64,000 nt of DNA from Lingula anatina (Eukaryota; Animalia; Brachiopoda): assembly GCA_051362555.1 (NCBI GenBank), contig CM120642.1:8060001-8124000 (forward strand), in the 5' to 3' direction. The notes below the pieces were generated by a model that was given only the letters and a program-made list of their open reading frames with translations, was not told the origin of the DNA and searched no databases. Positions 51,796 to 62,879 of the stretch are shown in pieces. The translations under genes and the position numbers were made by a program. Within the stretch, counting starts at the first letter, position 1. The number at the start of each line of letters is the position of its first letter.

Positions 51796-52085
51796 GTTAC
51801 GACTAATTGTTCTATATTATTTTCATTTTATATATAAGCAGTGTTACAAATATAAGATCTCTTGACAAAAAAGAAGGCACCGTAAAAAAGTAATAATTAG
51901 AAATATTTGTCGCAGAGTATTTTGTTTCATATGCCAAAATACATTTTCTGTGGAACAAACTGCGAAAATATGTATTATTCTCAGAAGCAAAATATAAAAG
52001 TATATAAAAACTCACCGAAAGCGTAAAAAATACATACATACATAATTTGAGACATTGAGCAAAAGTAAAATTAAGGAATAACAGT

Positions 52086-52541
52086 TCATTCTTTTTCTAT
52101 GTGTAACTTTGTGACTAGATAACACACTTTTGTTGCGTTCTTCAAAAGATATGGAATATAACTAATTAGGCCAAGAAACGCCGGCTGCATCATCCTGTAT
52201 GTGAACAAATTATCCCTCTCATTGTGGATTTCTTTGAAGATGAAGTCATTGGAATATTCCTTGTTCAGTTTTGCATACAGACGATCGATTTTGTCTTTGA
52301 TTTGAGGCTCACGAAGTCTCGTAATGCTCTCGCAAAATTCACAAGTTCTTTCATAGACATTCTTATCTCCCATTGCTTTCAATTCACTGAGTCGTGTCCA
52401 GAATTCATAAAATTCTTCCAGTTTTTCGTGTGATGTAAGCCGCCATCTTTTTTTGCTTAATAACAATCTGCACATTTCAAGAACCTTGATGAAGTCATTC
52501 ATGGTATATATGTCTCTCGGGACTAGATCCGGAACTGCCAG
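52086..52541 (-). CDS. Uncharacterised gene 2, last exon (LAVPDLVPRDIYTMNDF...LHIEKE*)
   Basis: Acceptor tttttcag|CTGGCA in phase 0, continuous with the 138-aa ORF; 456 nt to TGA. Minus-strand AATAAA ~290 nt downstream. Confidence 0.82.
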   Translation of the reverse strand: MAVPDLVPRDIYTMNDFIKVLEMCRLLLSKKRWRLTSHEKLEEFYEFWTRLSELKAMGDKNVYERTCEFCESITRLREPQIKDKIDRLYAKLNKEYSNDFIFKEIHNERDNLFTYRMMQPAFLGLISYIPYLLKNATKVCYLVTKLHIEKE

Positions 52542-52580
52542 CTGAAAAATAATGATAATGGAATCACAGCCGTGTTATTG

Positions 52581-52843
52581 CAGGGGAGGTTCCAGGATTA
52601 TTTGAAGGGAGGGTACGCGGATGCGAAGCCAACCATTCTCCCCCCCCCTCCCCGGGCCTGGTATAAGGCCCCAAAAAATTTGGCATTTAAAGGGGCGAAC
52701 GGTGCAATTTGGTAAGTTTTAGAACTATGATTCAGCTAGCCAAAATGCGAATTTCAAGAGGGGACCATTGGTGTTATTTTTTCAGAAATCGAAGGGGGAG
52801 TCAGCCCCCCCCCCCCCCGATACCCCCCCTAAATCCGCCACTG
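52581..52843. mobile_element. Degenerate MITE (CAG(G/T)GGCGGAT-type termini, possibly hAT-like) in intron 2 of gene 2
   Basis: Left CAGGGGAGGTTCCAGGA vs right CCTAAATCCGCCACTG imperfect inverted termini; G/C homopolymer-rich interior; no TSD recoverable. Confidence 0.55.
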
Positions 52844-52851
52844 AATTGATG

Positions 52852-52908
52852 CACCAGTAAGATAATAAACATTTTATTATACACCAGTAAGATAATAAAC
52901 ATTTTATT
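52852..52908. repeat. 30-bp-period tandem duplication
   Basis: CACCAGTAAGATAATAAACATTTTATT twice, immediately after the MITE end. Confidence 0.9.
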
Positions 52909-52949
52909 TTAGCATAACATTTCAGCGTAAAATCATATTCAGCTTTTCT

Positions 52950-52984
<35 letters not shown>

Positions 52985-53040
52985 GATGTAAGTAAAATAA
53001 AAATGGGAAAAAATAGGAAAAAGAAAGAAAGGCTACATAC

Positions 53041-53289
53041 CTGTACAGTCTGTAAGGCCACACAAAAGGCCTTGTTATTTGCGCTGAACCACTCAATAAA
53101 CTGCGTCCGCAAAGCGTTGTACTTCTTCAGATGTGCCAGAGCATCTTTTTTCACTTGATCTAGCTCTATAAGCTTTATATCAAACTGCGTCAGTTGCTGC
53201 TGCTGGGCGTGGCGTCTCATCAGGGGAGTTGGGACTGGGGTCCAATATGGCGTGTTACGAGGAGTCGTCACTGACGACATCTGGGAAAT
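53041..53289 (-). CDS. Uncharacterised gene 2, exon 2 (ISQMSSVTTPRNTP...ALQTVQ)
   Basis: Pyrimidine-rich tract then cttcag|ATTTCCCAG|ATG (two in-frame AG acceptors 9 nt apart); donor CAG|GTATGT at 53040; phase 0. Protein-like amphipathic helical composition. Confidence 0.8.
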
Positions 53290-53989
53290 CTGAAGTTTCG
53301 ATAAAAATGGCAGATTAATGGACGAAAAGATGAGACAATTAACATGAGTAACTCTGTTTGTATGTTGTTTCCCATAAATGGCAATGAAATCATACTTGTA
53401 ATGCGTCCCTGGAAGGCGTCGTCTGCTTTACCAAGCGAAATTATCATTGTTTAATTAAATAAGATCTAAGTGTTGATCAAATGGAAACTGTCACTCTAAA
53501 AAGTATAAAGTGCAAATAAAAAAAATTCACGGATGTAAATCCTGACTCCGTTTCTAGGAACTCAAACAGAAGGACGTAATGGAAGAAAGAATAAACATGG
53601 CGTATCGACCTGTACCATTTGACAGCGAACAAGGAGAGTTTTGTGCTATTTACTTTCTCTAATCGATTTCACTTGTAGCTCCCCGAGAAATGGTGCGCAC
53701 TGACGTTATTTACAATAGATGTGTGAGTTTGCCACTGTGACTTCATTGTTGGCAAATATGTATTTTACCTGATTAAACTATAAGGAACTTAAAATCATAA
53801 AATAGATCCTTTGAATTTTTTTAAATAATGGTCTAAACGAGAATGCATATCCAAACAAATATTTTCATGTAGGCTAATATTAAATCTTCCGCGTGCTGTT
53901 TTGTACATTTTGATTTAGTCTCTTCTGCTTTTATTCTTTTGTGTGTGTAATGGAAAAGTATCACCTCTTTCTTTCCCTCTCTCCCCTCG

Positions 53990-54051
53990 CCACACACACA
54001 CACACACTCACACACACACACACACTTATCTTCGCAGTTTTACAAATAACG

Positions 54052-54089
<38 letters not shown>

Positions 54090-54135
54090 ATCTTCGCAGT
54101 TTTACAAATAACGGCACACACACACACACACACAC
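53990..54135. repeat. (CA)n minisatellite with 27-bp spacer TTATCTTCGCAGTTTTACAAATAACGG (copies 1-2)
   Basis: Identical 27-mers at 54026-54052 and 54088-54114 between CA runs; third identical copy at 60270-60296. Confidence 0.95.
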
Positions 54136-55184
54136 GTACTTGTCTATGTGTACCAACCGAGGACATCAGCACAACACCATACAACCGAGGACATCTTATT
54201 CCTTGGTTAAATCAAAATAAAAACATTCAATTTAGGGTAAAATCTATTCGAGTATGAATGTTATAAATTAATTTTTTTATAAAAACTAATTTTTTGCTGA
54301 CAAGAATTTTACATTCTAACCGAGGACACACACGGACACACACACGGACAGACACTACACATTACAACCGAGGACATGCATGCATCTACATGTAATAATG
54401 ATTGTACTTTTAATGCAAAGCAAATTTTATATAGCGTTACTTTGCAGCAATTCACATTTTCATGAAATTCTTTCATATTTAAGGTAAATTCCAAAATAAC
54501 ACCAGAGGTGATGATTAAATGAACAGTTATACAATATTTAATGCTGGGCTTTGCCACTTTTTTAGAATTGAAGATTATGAGATAAAACATCAATTAATTT
54601 AGGAAAAGAAAGGATACTGATGAAATAAAATAAAAGACCAAAGAAATTCGTTTTCAAACATTTTATTTTCATAATGCTTATTTTCTATTTAGCACTCTTT
54701 TATTATCATGAATTTTATATTTTGATAACACAAAGTGTCGTCCATTGGATACAGACTTGCACAGTACACAATTTTACAATTGAGGACATCATGCCAGCAG
54801 CACCCAAAATTGTGCTTTCTTCCAATTTGATGCAATATTATATAATGCTTAACAGCATAATGATCATCAATTTTTTATAATAAAATATTAGTATCATGAA
54901 TATTCAGAAAATGTGACTAGCAAAGGTTTTCAGGTTCATGGAACTCCAAAGTCATACTTTGAAAATGCTAAATGTATACAAGAGAGCACTGTACTGAAAT
55001 GGGTTTCTTTCCATTTTTAACTTTTTTACATAAAATAATACAGTTTACTGCCATTTCACATGATCAACTAAGAAAATTGTTGAGATGGCAAAAATATCAA
55101 TATAACAAGTTTAAATGTCCAATTTCCTCCATTCCGAACATTGTGAATGATTGAATCTGACAAACTACAATGATACGAGTTCAT

Positions 55185-57870
55185 TTCCATTTTGGCACTT
55201 TTTTTACACAATACAAGATAACAGGTTTACCACCATTTTTATATAATCAACTAGCAATATTGTCAAGATGCAGAAATTGTCAAACAACCCATTTTACATA
55301 TCTAGTAAATTCAATAATGAGACTGTTTACATGCCTGACAATCAAATCTGAGGAAAACCAATTATATACAAATAAAGGCTGAAGTCCCTCAAAACTCAAC
55401 CAATCAATCTTATTTTTAAATTTGATTTGTATATAGATAACATTGATCACTCTTGTGAGTTTAATGACAACAGGCCTATCGGTTCTCCCTGAAATGTGCT
55501 TACAGTGTTACTAATATGCTTTTACTAATAATCATCAGTTCTGTGAGTTTCATGAAAACAGGCTTTAAGTTATTAGTTCTCCCTGAAATGTGCTTACAGT
55601 GTTACATATATGCTGAAAAAAAAAAAAAAAAAAAAAACAGCATAAAATTTGAAAGAAAAGGGCCTGGTCTTGCTGATTTTCAATCTTGACCATTCTTTTA
55701 CTAATAATCATCAGTTCTGTGAGTTTCATGAAAACAGGCTTATTGTTTCTCCTTGAAATATGTTAACAGTGTTGCATGTACACTGAAAAAAGGAGAAAAA
55801 AATGCAAAAATTTTGAAAATAATCACCCCATTTCCTCCATTTTGAGATAATGTATTACACAGTACATGATAACATGTTTACCGTCATATTTATATAATCA
55901 ACTAGCAATGTTGTAAAGATGCAGACAATTTCAGAGAAACACTAACATATTTACATATCTAGTTAATTCAATAATGAGACTGTTTACATGCCTGACAATC
56001 AAATCTGAGGAAAACCACTTATATACAAATAAAAGCTGAAGTCCCTCAAAACTCAACCAATCAATCTTATTTTTAAATTTGATTTGTATATAGATAACAT
56101 TGATCACTCTTGTGAGTTTAATGACAACAGGCCTATCGGTTCTCCCTGAAATGTGCTTACAGTGTTACTAATATGCTTTTACTAATAATCATCAGTTCTG
56201 TGAGTTTCATGAAAACAGGCTTTAAGTTATTAGTTCTCCCTGAAATGTGCTTACAGTGTTACATATATGCTGAAAAAAAAAAAAAAAAAAAAAAAAAAAA
56301 CAGCATAAAATTTGAAAGAAAAGGGCCTGGTCATGCTGATTTTCAATCTTGACCATTCTTTTACTAATAATCATCAGTTCTGTGAGTTTCATGAAAACAG
56401 GCTTATTGGTTCTCCTTGAAATGTGCTTACAGTGTTACATATATGCTGAAAAAAAACCAGCATAACATTTGAAAGAAAAGGGCCTGGTCATGCTGATTTT
56501 CAATCCTGATCATTCTTTTTAATTTACTAATAATCATCAGTTCTCTGAGTTTCATGAAAACAGGCCTATTGGTTCTCCTTGAAGTGTGTTTACAGTGTTG
56601 CATGTACACTGAAAAAAAGGGGAAAAAAATGCAAAAATTTTGAAAATAATTACCCCATTTCCTCCATTTTGAGACACTGTATTACACAGTACATGATAAC
56701 ATGTTTACCGTCATATTTATATAATCAACTAGCAATGTTGTAAAGATGCAGAAAATTTCAGACAAACACTAACATATTTACATATCTAGTTAGTTCAATA
56801 ACGAAACTGTCAACATGCCTGACAATCAAATCTGAGGAAAACCACTTATATACAAATAAAAGCTGAAGTCCCTCAAAACTCAACCAATCAATCTTATTTT
56901 TAAACTTGATTTGTATATAGATAACATTGATTACTCCTGTGAGTTTCATGAAAACAGGCTTATTGGTTCTCCCTGAAATGTGCTTACAGTGTTACTTATA
57001 TGCTGAAAAAAAAAAAAGCAGCATAACATTTGAAAGAAAAGGGCCTGGTCATGCTGATTTTCAATCTTGACCATTCTTTTACTTATAATCATCAGTTCTG
57101 TGAGTTTTATGAAAAGAGGCCTATTGGTTCTCCTTGAAATGTGTTTACAGTGTTGCATGTACAATGAAAACAGGAGAAAAAATGCAAAACTTTTGAAAAT
57201 AATCACCCAATTGCCTCCATTTTGAGACACTGTATTACACAGAACATGATAACATGTTTACCGTCATATTTATATAATCAACTAGCAATGTTGTAAAGAT
57301 GCAGAAAATTTCAGACAAACACTAACATATTTACATATCTAGTTAGTTCAATAACGAAACTGTCAACATGCCTGACAATCAAATCTGAGGAAAAGCACTT
57401 ATATATATCAAAACAAGGCACATCTTCCACAAAACTCAACCAATCAATCTTATTTTCAAACTTGATTTGTATATTGGTAACATTGATCACTCCTGTGAGT
57501 TTAATGACAACAGGCCTATCGGTTCTCCCTGAAATGTGCTTACAGTGTTACTTATATGCTGAAAATGGCAGAAAAAAAAACAGCATAACTTTTGACAAAA
57601 AATGGCCCGGATATGCCGATTTTTGATCTTGACAACCCTTTTACTAATAATCATCAGTTCTGTGAGTTTCATGACAATAGACCTATTGCTTCTCCTTGAA
57701 CTGTGTTTACAGTGTTGCATGTATGCTGAAAAAAGCAAAATCAACAGCAAATTTTCTGAAAAAAAAAGCAGCCCATTACGAAGATTTTCAAACTTGACCT
57801 GCGTTTAACTAATATTCATCAGTTCTGTGAGTTTCATGAAAGTAGACCTATCGGTTCTCTTTAAAATGTT
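55185..57870. repeat. Higher-order tandem repeat inside the 6.1 kb element
   Basis: Anchor ATGCCTGACAATCAAATCTGAGG at 55331, 55988, 56815, 57368 (periods 657, 827, 553); 12 copies of a TGTGAGTTT..TGA core followed by TCTCC.TGAAATGTG.TTACAGTGTT-like sequence. Confidence 0.93.
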
Positions 57871-58380
57871 GCATCGCATATAATACTGGGAAAAGGGAAA
57901 AACAGCAACTTTGTAAAATTGGCCAGATCACACTGATTACGTTGATTGCAATTTATATAGCATTCCTTCTGGGAGAGATCGATCCATAGTTAGTACGATA
58001 GGATCTGGGAACGGTCCCTTGATCGTTTTTGCCGTGCGCATATCCGAACTGTAGGCCTATATATCAGGACGCGTAATTGTCGGGGCGTCTTTTTTTTTTC
58101 TTTTTTTATTTCACAAAGCGGTTCTTGCAAATGCGGTGTTTATGAATATGTGTGCTCTGTGTTAGCGACATGGACCGACAGGGGCCCATTCAAAATATAA
58201 TTTCACTTCAGTTGTTAGATTTAGTATTTATTCTAGCAGCCAGGTGTATAACAAACAGGTCAGATCTACAGGTGAAAAGAAGTGACTGTAGTTCGCAGAG
58301 CCATTATGTAATAATAAATGTTTCATAATGTCATAGCCTTCTTCAAACTGTCAGGGGTAGATTAATTCATAGTTAGCTAA

Positions 58381-58592
58381 GGGGCCCTTTACACTGGACG
58401 GCGTCCTTTCTGCGTCCTGTAGTACGGATCCATTTGAGAGTACAAAATTATAATACTTAACTTTCTGACAACTGGCCAATCACCAAATATTCATTTTTTT
58501 CAACCAAAGCAATGCTTGTACCTCCTTTCTACGACCACAGTGATGCCAGTTTCTTGGTCGCACAAAGGACGCCGCCCCAGTGTAAAGGGGGT
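58381..58592. mobile_element. PIF/Harbinger-like MITE nested in the 6.1 kb element
   Basis: ~30-bp imperfect TIRs CCCTTTACACTGG(A/GG)CGGCGTCCTTT(C/G)TGCG; flanked by TAA (left) and TTA (right), the TWA target typical of Harbinger. Confidence 0.78.
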
Positions 58593-58623
58593 TTACGGAC
58601 GATCCATTTACCCTTTTCATTTA

Positions 58624-58943
58624 CTCTGAAGTATCGAATAAAAGAACTGATGGAATAAAAGTACTGGGTGGAAAAAATCTCAAAATTTAATAAAAGTACT
58701 GATGGAATAAAAGTACTGGGTGTAAAAAATCTCGAAATTTAATAAAAGTACTGGATGGAATAAAAGTACTGGGTGGAAAAAACCTTTGCACCACTCCCCC
58801 CCCCCCCAAAAAAAAAAATGAAATAAATAAATAAAAGTAAAGAAGAAGAAGAGAAAGAAAAAAGCTAGCTATTGATCATTGTAAAAAAAAAAAAAAAAAA
58901 AAAAAATTAACCAGGTAAAATTCACTCAGTATTATAATTTATC

Positions 58944-59003
<60 letters not shown>

Positions 59004-59680
59004 CCATGAGTTAAATTTCATAATCGTCAGGGGCCGAAGACCCAGATATGTCGCACATAAGCCGCCTCCGAGAGCCATACGGAGACGTTATTCATAGTAA
59101 ATTTATTCTCAGATATAAGGTTCGTTTTGCATACCTGTTAACTCCTAAGGGTTTATCTTACATAGAAATGTGATTTAACATCGTTTAAATCATAAATCGG
59201 CATGAAATAATTGACGTTTGAAAACAGGCACAACTTCTTTGCTGCACTTGAAATGACCTCCTTAGCAATAAATATGATCCTATCACCTTGCGACATTGCA
59301 TCATTCGATCGATGTACATGAGTAGTTGTCACTGTTGAAGGGAAAGCACGTCTATTTATAGGAACTGAAATCAGGTGACGCATGTACTGTTGTGTTCAGA
59401 GAGCGACTTCCGCTTGACCTACTTTCCAGTGCTGTTGGTAGAACAGTCGGTAATGAGTTGAGATCTCAATTTTCTTCTCATTATACTTCAATTTAAGAAA
59501 ATAAAAAGCGTGACTTGTACTTGTGTAATTTCCCACCGGTACAATATGTATTTAATAAACATACCGGGTGGAAGATTTTTGAAAAATTAATAAGCGTACT
59601 GGGTGAAAATGGAGCGTACCGGCGGGAAGAAATTTGGAAAATTAATTAACGTACCGGTACGTTTATTTGATACTTCAGAG
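58624..59680. mobile_element. TA-flanked non-autonomous element (probably Tc1/mariner superfamily) nested in the 6.1 kb element
   Basis: TIR CTCTGAAGTATC(G/A)AATAAA (18/19), TA at both ends (58622-23, 59681-82); subterminal AATAAAAGTACTG repeats (~52-bp tandem) at left and related AATAA.CGTAC.GG motifs at right. Confidence 0.82.
58947..59000. repeat. (AT)n microsatellite within the TA-flanked element
   Basis: Direct reading. Confidence 0.95.
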
Positions 59681-60263
59681 TAATTCTTGCACCCTCAAAA
59701 GATTGTCGGTCCTAAGATCTACCGAGTGAGCCACAAATTCAGACAGTTCTTCTTTATTTAAACCACTCCAAGTCAGTTGTACTAATAAAGAAGCGTGCCG
59801 TAATATGTACAGTGCGGTGATAGTTATATAGTTACGTAACGGCCTAGGAGAGCTTAATTTGATAAAAAAGACCTTTAGTTTAAAAATATGAACTTACTGA
59901 ATATATAGACATCTGAGATATAACATAAGTTTCAGTTTAGTCTGCCCTTTACAGCACAACCGAGGACGCGGGATTTGGTCCGCCCTTAACAGCACAACCG
60001 AGGGCGCGTGTGTATAGCCCGATTTCAGACAAAAAGTTGGACAGTATTTCTGATACACTCGTGGCGGGAATTTGGCCCGCGCTATACAGCATAACCGAGG
60101 ACTGGCTCAGAATAGCGTCAAATTTCACCACCTAACTTGAAATGGGCCCCTTTATGCATTCCACTGCTTATGTCAACCGAGGACGTCCTCGGTTGGAGGT
60201 GTGTCCTCGGTTAGTGGGTTTCGGGCGGGTGTGTGTCCTCGGTTAGAATGCGTGCACAAGAGC

Positions 60264-60308
60264 ACACACTTATCTTCGCAGTTTTACAAATAACGGCACA
60301 CACACACA

Positions 60309-60345
<37 letters not shown>
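60264..60345. repeat. (CA)n minisatellite with 27-bp spacer (copy 3)
   Basis: Same 27-mer at 60270-60296 followed by a CA run, directly after the right end of the 6.1 kb element. Confidence 0.95.
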
Positions 60346-62332
60346 CCACGCTCATGCACTCACACACATACCTAGATCACCACAAACTCCTTAGTTAATA
60401 CAATCGTATCTCAGGTCGTACATTGGCTGTGTTTACATTGTTTGATTAAGCCATCTTGAACCGTCAAAATCGCGTCAATCAGTAACAGGCAGTCAATAAT
60501 TTGACCAAATAATCTTACTCTATGATCATCTGATCACAACAGAAAAAACTGTCAACCATACAAGAGATACGACCATTTTACTGTGGAACTTTCCTCAATG
60601 TATTAAACAAGGAAGTAAACAGTTAACTTTAAAATATGTTATTCGGTTGGCATGGAAATGTAACTGATTTCCATTGCTCAATTTACTTTATTTATTCAAA
60701 CTTCACTCCCGTATCCCCATGTGTAACGTTTTTGTTCTTTAAGTATATATACACTCGGCCCTGTTTTTCAGAACATTAATTTCCATATTTGCAGAGCGCT
60801 AGGCAGAGATTGATCGTTCTGGGTTGAACTCTTGACTTCAATATCATGTAGCAACCACGACACTATTAACTTTTGTGCCAGATCAAAGTTCTGACGACCC
60901 AGTAATTACCTGCAAAAGCTCGATAAGGTATAATTCTAAATGACGTTTTTTATACCGGTACATAACTAGGACGTTTTTCAATTATTTCCTTTTGTTAAAG
61001 TCAAATTTAAAGAGAGAAAAAACTAACTGTAATCCAACACCAAGACAGAGGGGCTGTGTACGAGTATGTACCGTTATTACACAGTGAATTTTTTCATCGA
61101 GGTTTTTTCTTTGAGGTATTTTCAATTTTCTTAACACTGGGGAATATAAGCAAAATATTTACCAGCTTAGTGTAGATATAGTCCAAGAATCATTTCGTGT
61201 ACACAAGCCAAAACATGTATGAAGTTCACATTTTAGGTAACCGCCAACCTGGACGCAGGCCTTCATCAAATTGAGTGGAAGGTTCTCAGATATAAAATGT
61301 GTCAGACGAAGGCAGGACATCTGAAACAATGCTCTGACCGCTGTGTCACCTAGCGTTCAATAGGTGACATTTAATTTATTTTATGAAGACCATCCTGGTT
61401 GGTTGAAAGCCTACGTAAGATTCATAAATATTTTGCTTGTATACAGATAACGATCATTGGACATTGGACAAGTTATTTACCCGTCAAACCTGATGAGTCG
61501 TGATTTGTAAAACTGCGAAGATGTGTGTGTGTGTGTGTGTGTGTTATAAAACTAACAAAAAGCAGGCATTATTGCGTTTACAGAAGCCAAAAGTGGCTTT
61601 GCGTTTCTTTTTAGGCTATCAACTGTTATAGTGCAATAATGATCAATATGCCTATCTAGGTTTTGTGCTTGCTTGCTGAAATTCATAGCCACTTTTATCA
61701 TTTTGTCCATTCAAGAGAAATATGTCGATTTTTTCTTTATGGTCGTGCTTTGTAAAAACTACAACACCGTGGTATGATATTTATGTGCGTGTTGTATGGT
61801 TTCAATCAAGACATTTACGTCAAACGGTATTTCAGCCTCTGAGCTTTGTGAATCGGCATTGGTTTACTTACTCACAAGGGAAATATATGTTACAGTTGTG
61901 AGGGCATTTATTATCAACCCTTTCAAGCTGGGATAGACCCGCTCCAGGCTGCCTATTTATTTTGTCTCTAAAATATCATGACGTGAAGCTAAAGCAGGGA
62001 AAAGTCTCTATAATTTTTTTCATCCAAACGTATGTCCCGCCTGATAGAAAATGAAATAGTAGAGATTCGCGTTCAGAAAAGTAAATATTGGCTAGAAATG
62101 TGATTATAAAAAAGATAAAGGAAGGCGGTCAACAAAGGAACCTCAAAGGATTGTTGTAAGGGGGAAAGGGGTGTCCTGTGCTTGGGGGTTATTAAGTCAA
62201 ATTATTTCTTTTCCTAAAGGTTACAATTTTTCATATAATCCTGAAAGGCACGTGTGTTTCTTGTCATACGTATTGTTAGCTAATATAACACTAAATCATT
62301 AATCAACGATACAACCGCAAACATGATTTTAG

Positions 62333-62333
<1 letters not shown>

Positions 62334-62381
<48 letters not shown>
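62334..62381. repeat. (CA)n microsatellite
   Basis: Direct reading. Confidence 0.95.
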
Positions 62382-62386
<5 letters not shown>

Positions 62387-62669
62387 GTATAAACTTAAAT
62401 TCTGTATACTATGAACATGTACGTACACCAAAGGGCGTTAAGAATTTAACAAATCTCTGTACGCGTTTTCTGTGTTCGTTTTTTAAAAGTCGATTTGCTT
62501 TAAGAAAACGTGCGCTTTAATCGACCTTTACCCCGGGCTACCAGGTCTCTACATTTTTGTAAAGATATTGTTTAAAGGCATTTTTTGCCTAAAAGCACAC
62601 GCCTACTGAATGTGCCAAATAAGAATATTAAAAAATGTTACTTTTAAGGACACCAAGCGTTCGGCTTAC

Positions 62670-62702
62670 CGTAGACCTCGGGGAAAGCAAAGATTCGTCC
62701 AT
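62670..62702 (-). CDS. Uncharacterised gene 2, candidate coding exon 1 (MDESLLSPRST)
   Basis: ATG in good context (GAGATGG), in-frame upstream TAG at 62775-62777 with no intervening in-frame ATG, donor ACG|GTAAGC, phase 0 matching the next exon. Short, so a chance match is possible. Confidence 0.55.
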
Positions 62703-62879
62703 CTCGGTGTCCTTCCTGAACTGGATGGGAGAATTCTCTAACCCTCTGTAACCGACTTCTCGCCCCTTTACCGTCTAGATCAAACTTGTTGAAAGACTTG
62801 GTAAACTGAGCAAACTTAAATAATCAGACGCCGTCTCTTGGAAGAGCTAGGGACCACGGATTGCCGATTTAATTAACCT

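Larger units (their letters stand above)
54136..60263. mobile_element. 6.1 kb non-autonomous composite DNA transposon (CACTA/CMC-like architecture) inserted in a (CA)n run
   Basis: Ungapped imperfect 30-bp TIR (21/30) with AACCGAGGAC 19 bp from each end. 11 copies of the motif cluster subterminally in both orientations; perfect 22-bp inverted match 54312-54333 / 60229-60250. CA runs flank both sides and there is no long ORF. Superfamily is inferred. Confidence 0.78.

Noticed and set aside
56427-57808. Family of similar ORFs (MQHCKH...RPVFMKLTELMIISK)
   Set aside because: Similarity comes from the DNA tandem repeat; frames break at poly-A tracts.
54026-57870. Repeat-spacer patterns superficially like a CRISPR array
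   Set aside because: Eukaryotic context, the intervening sequences are themselves repeated or are CA runs, and there are no cas genes.
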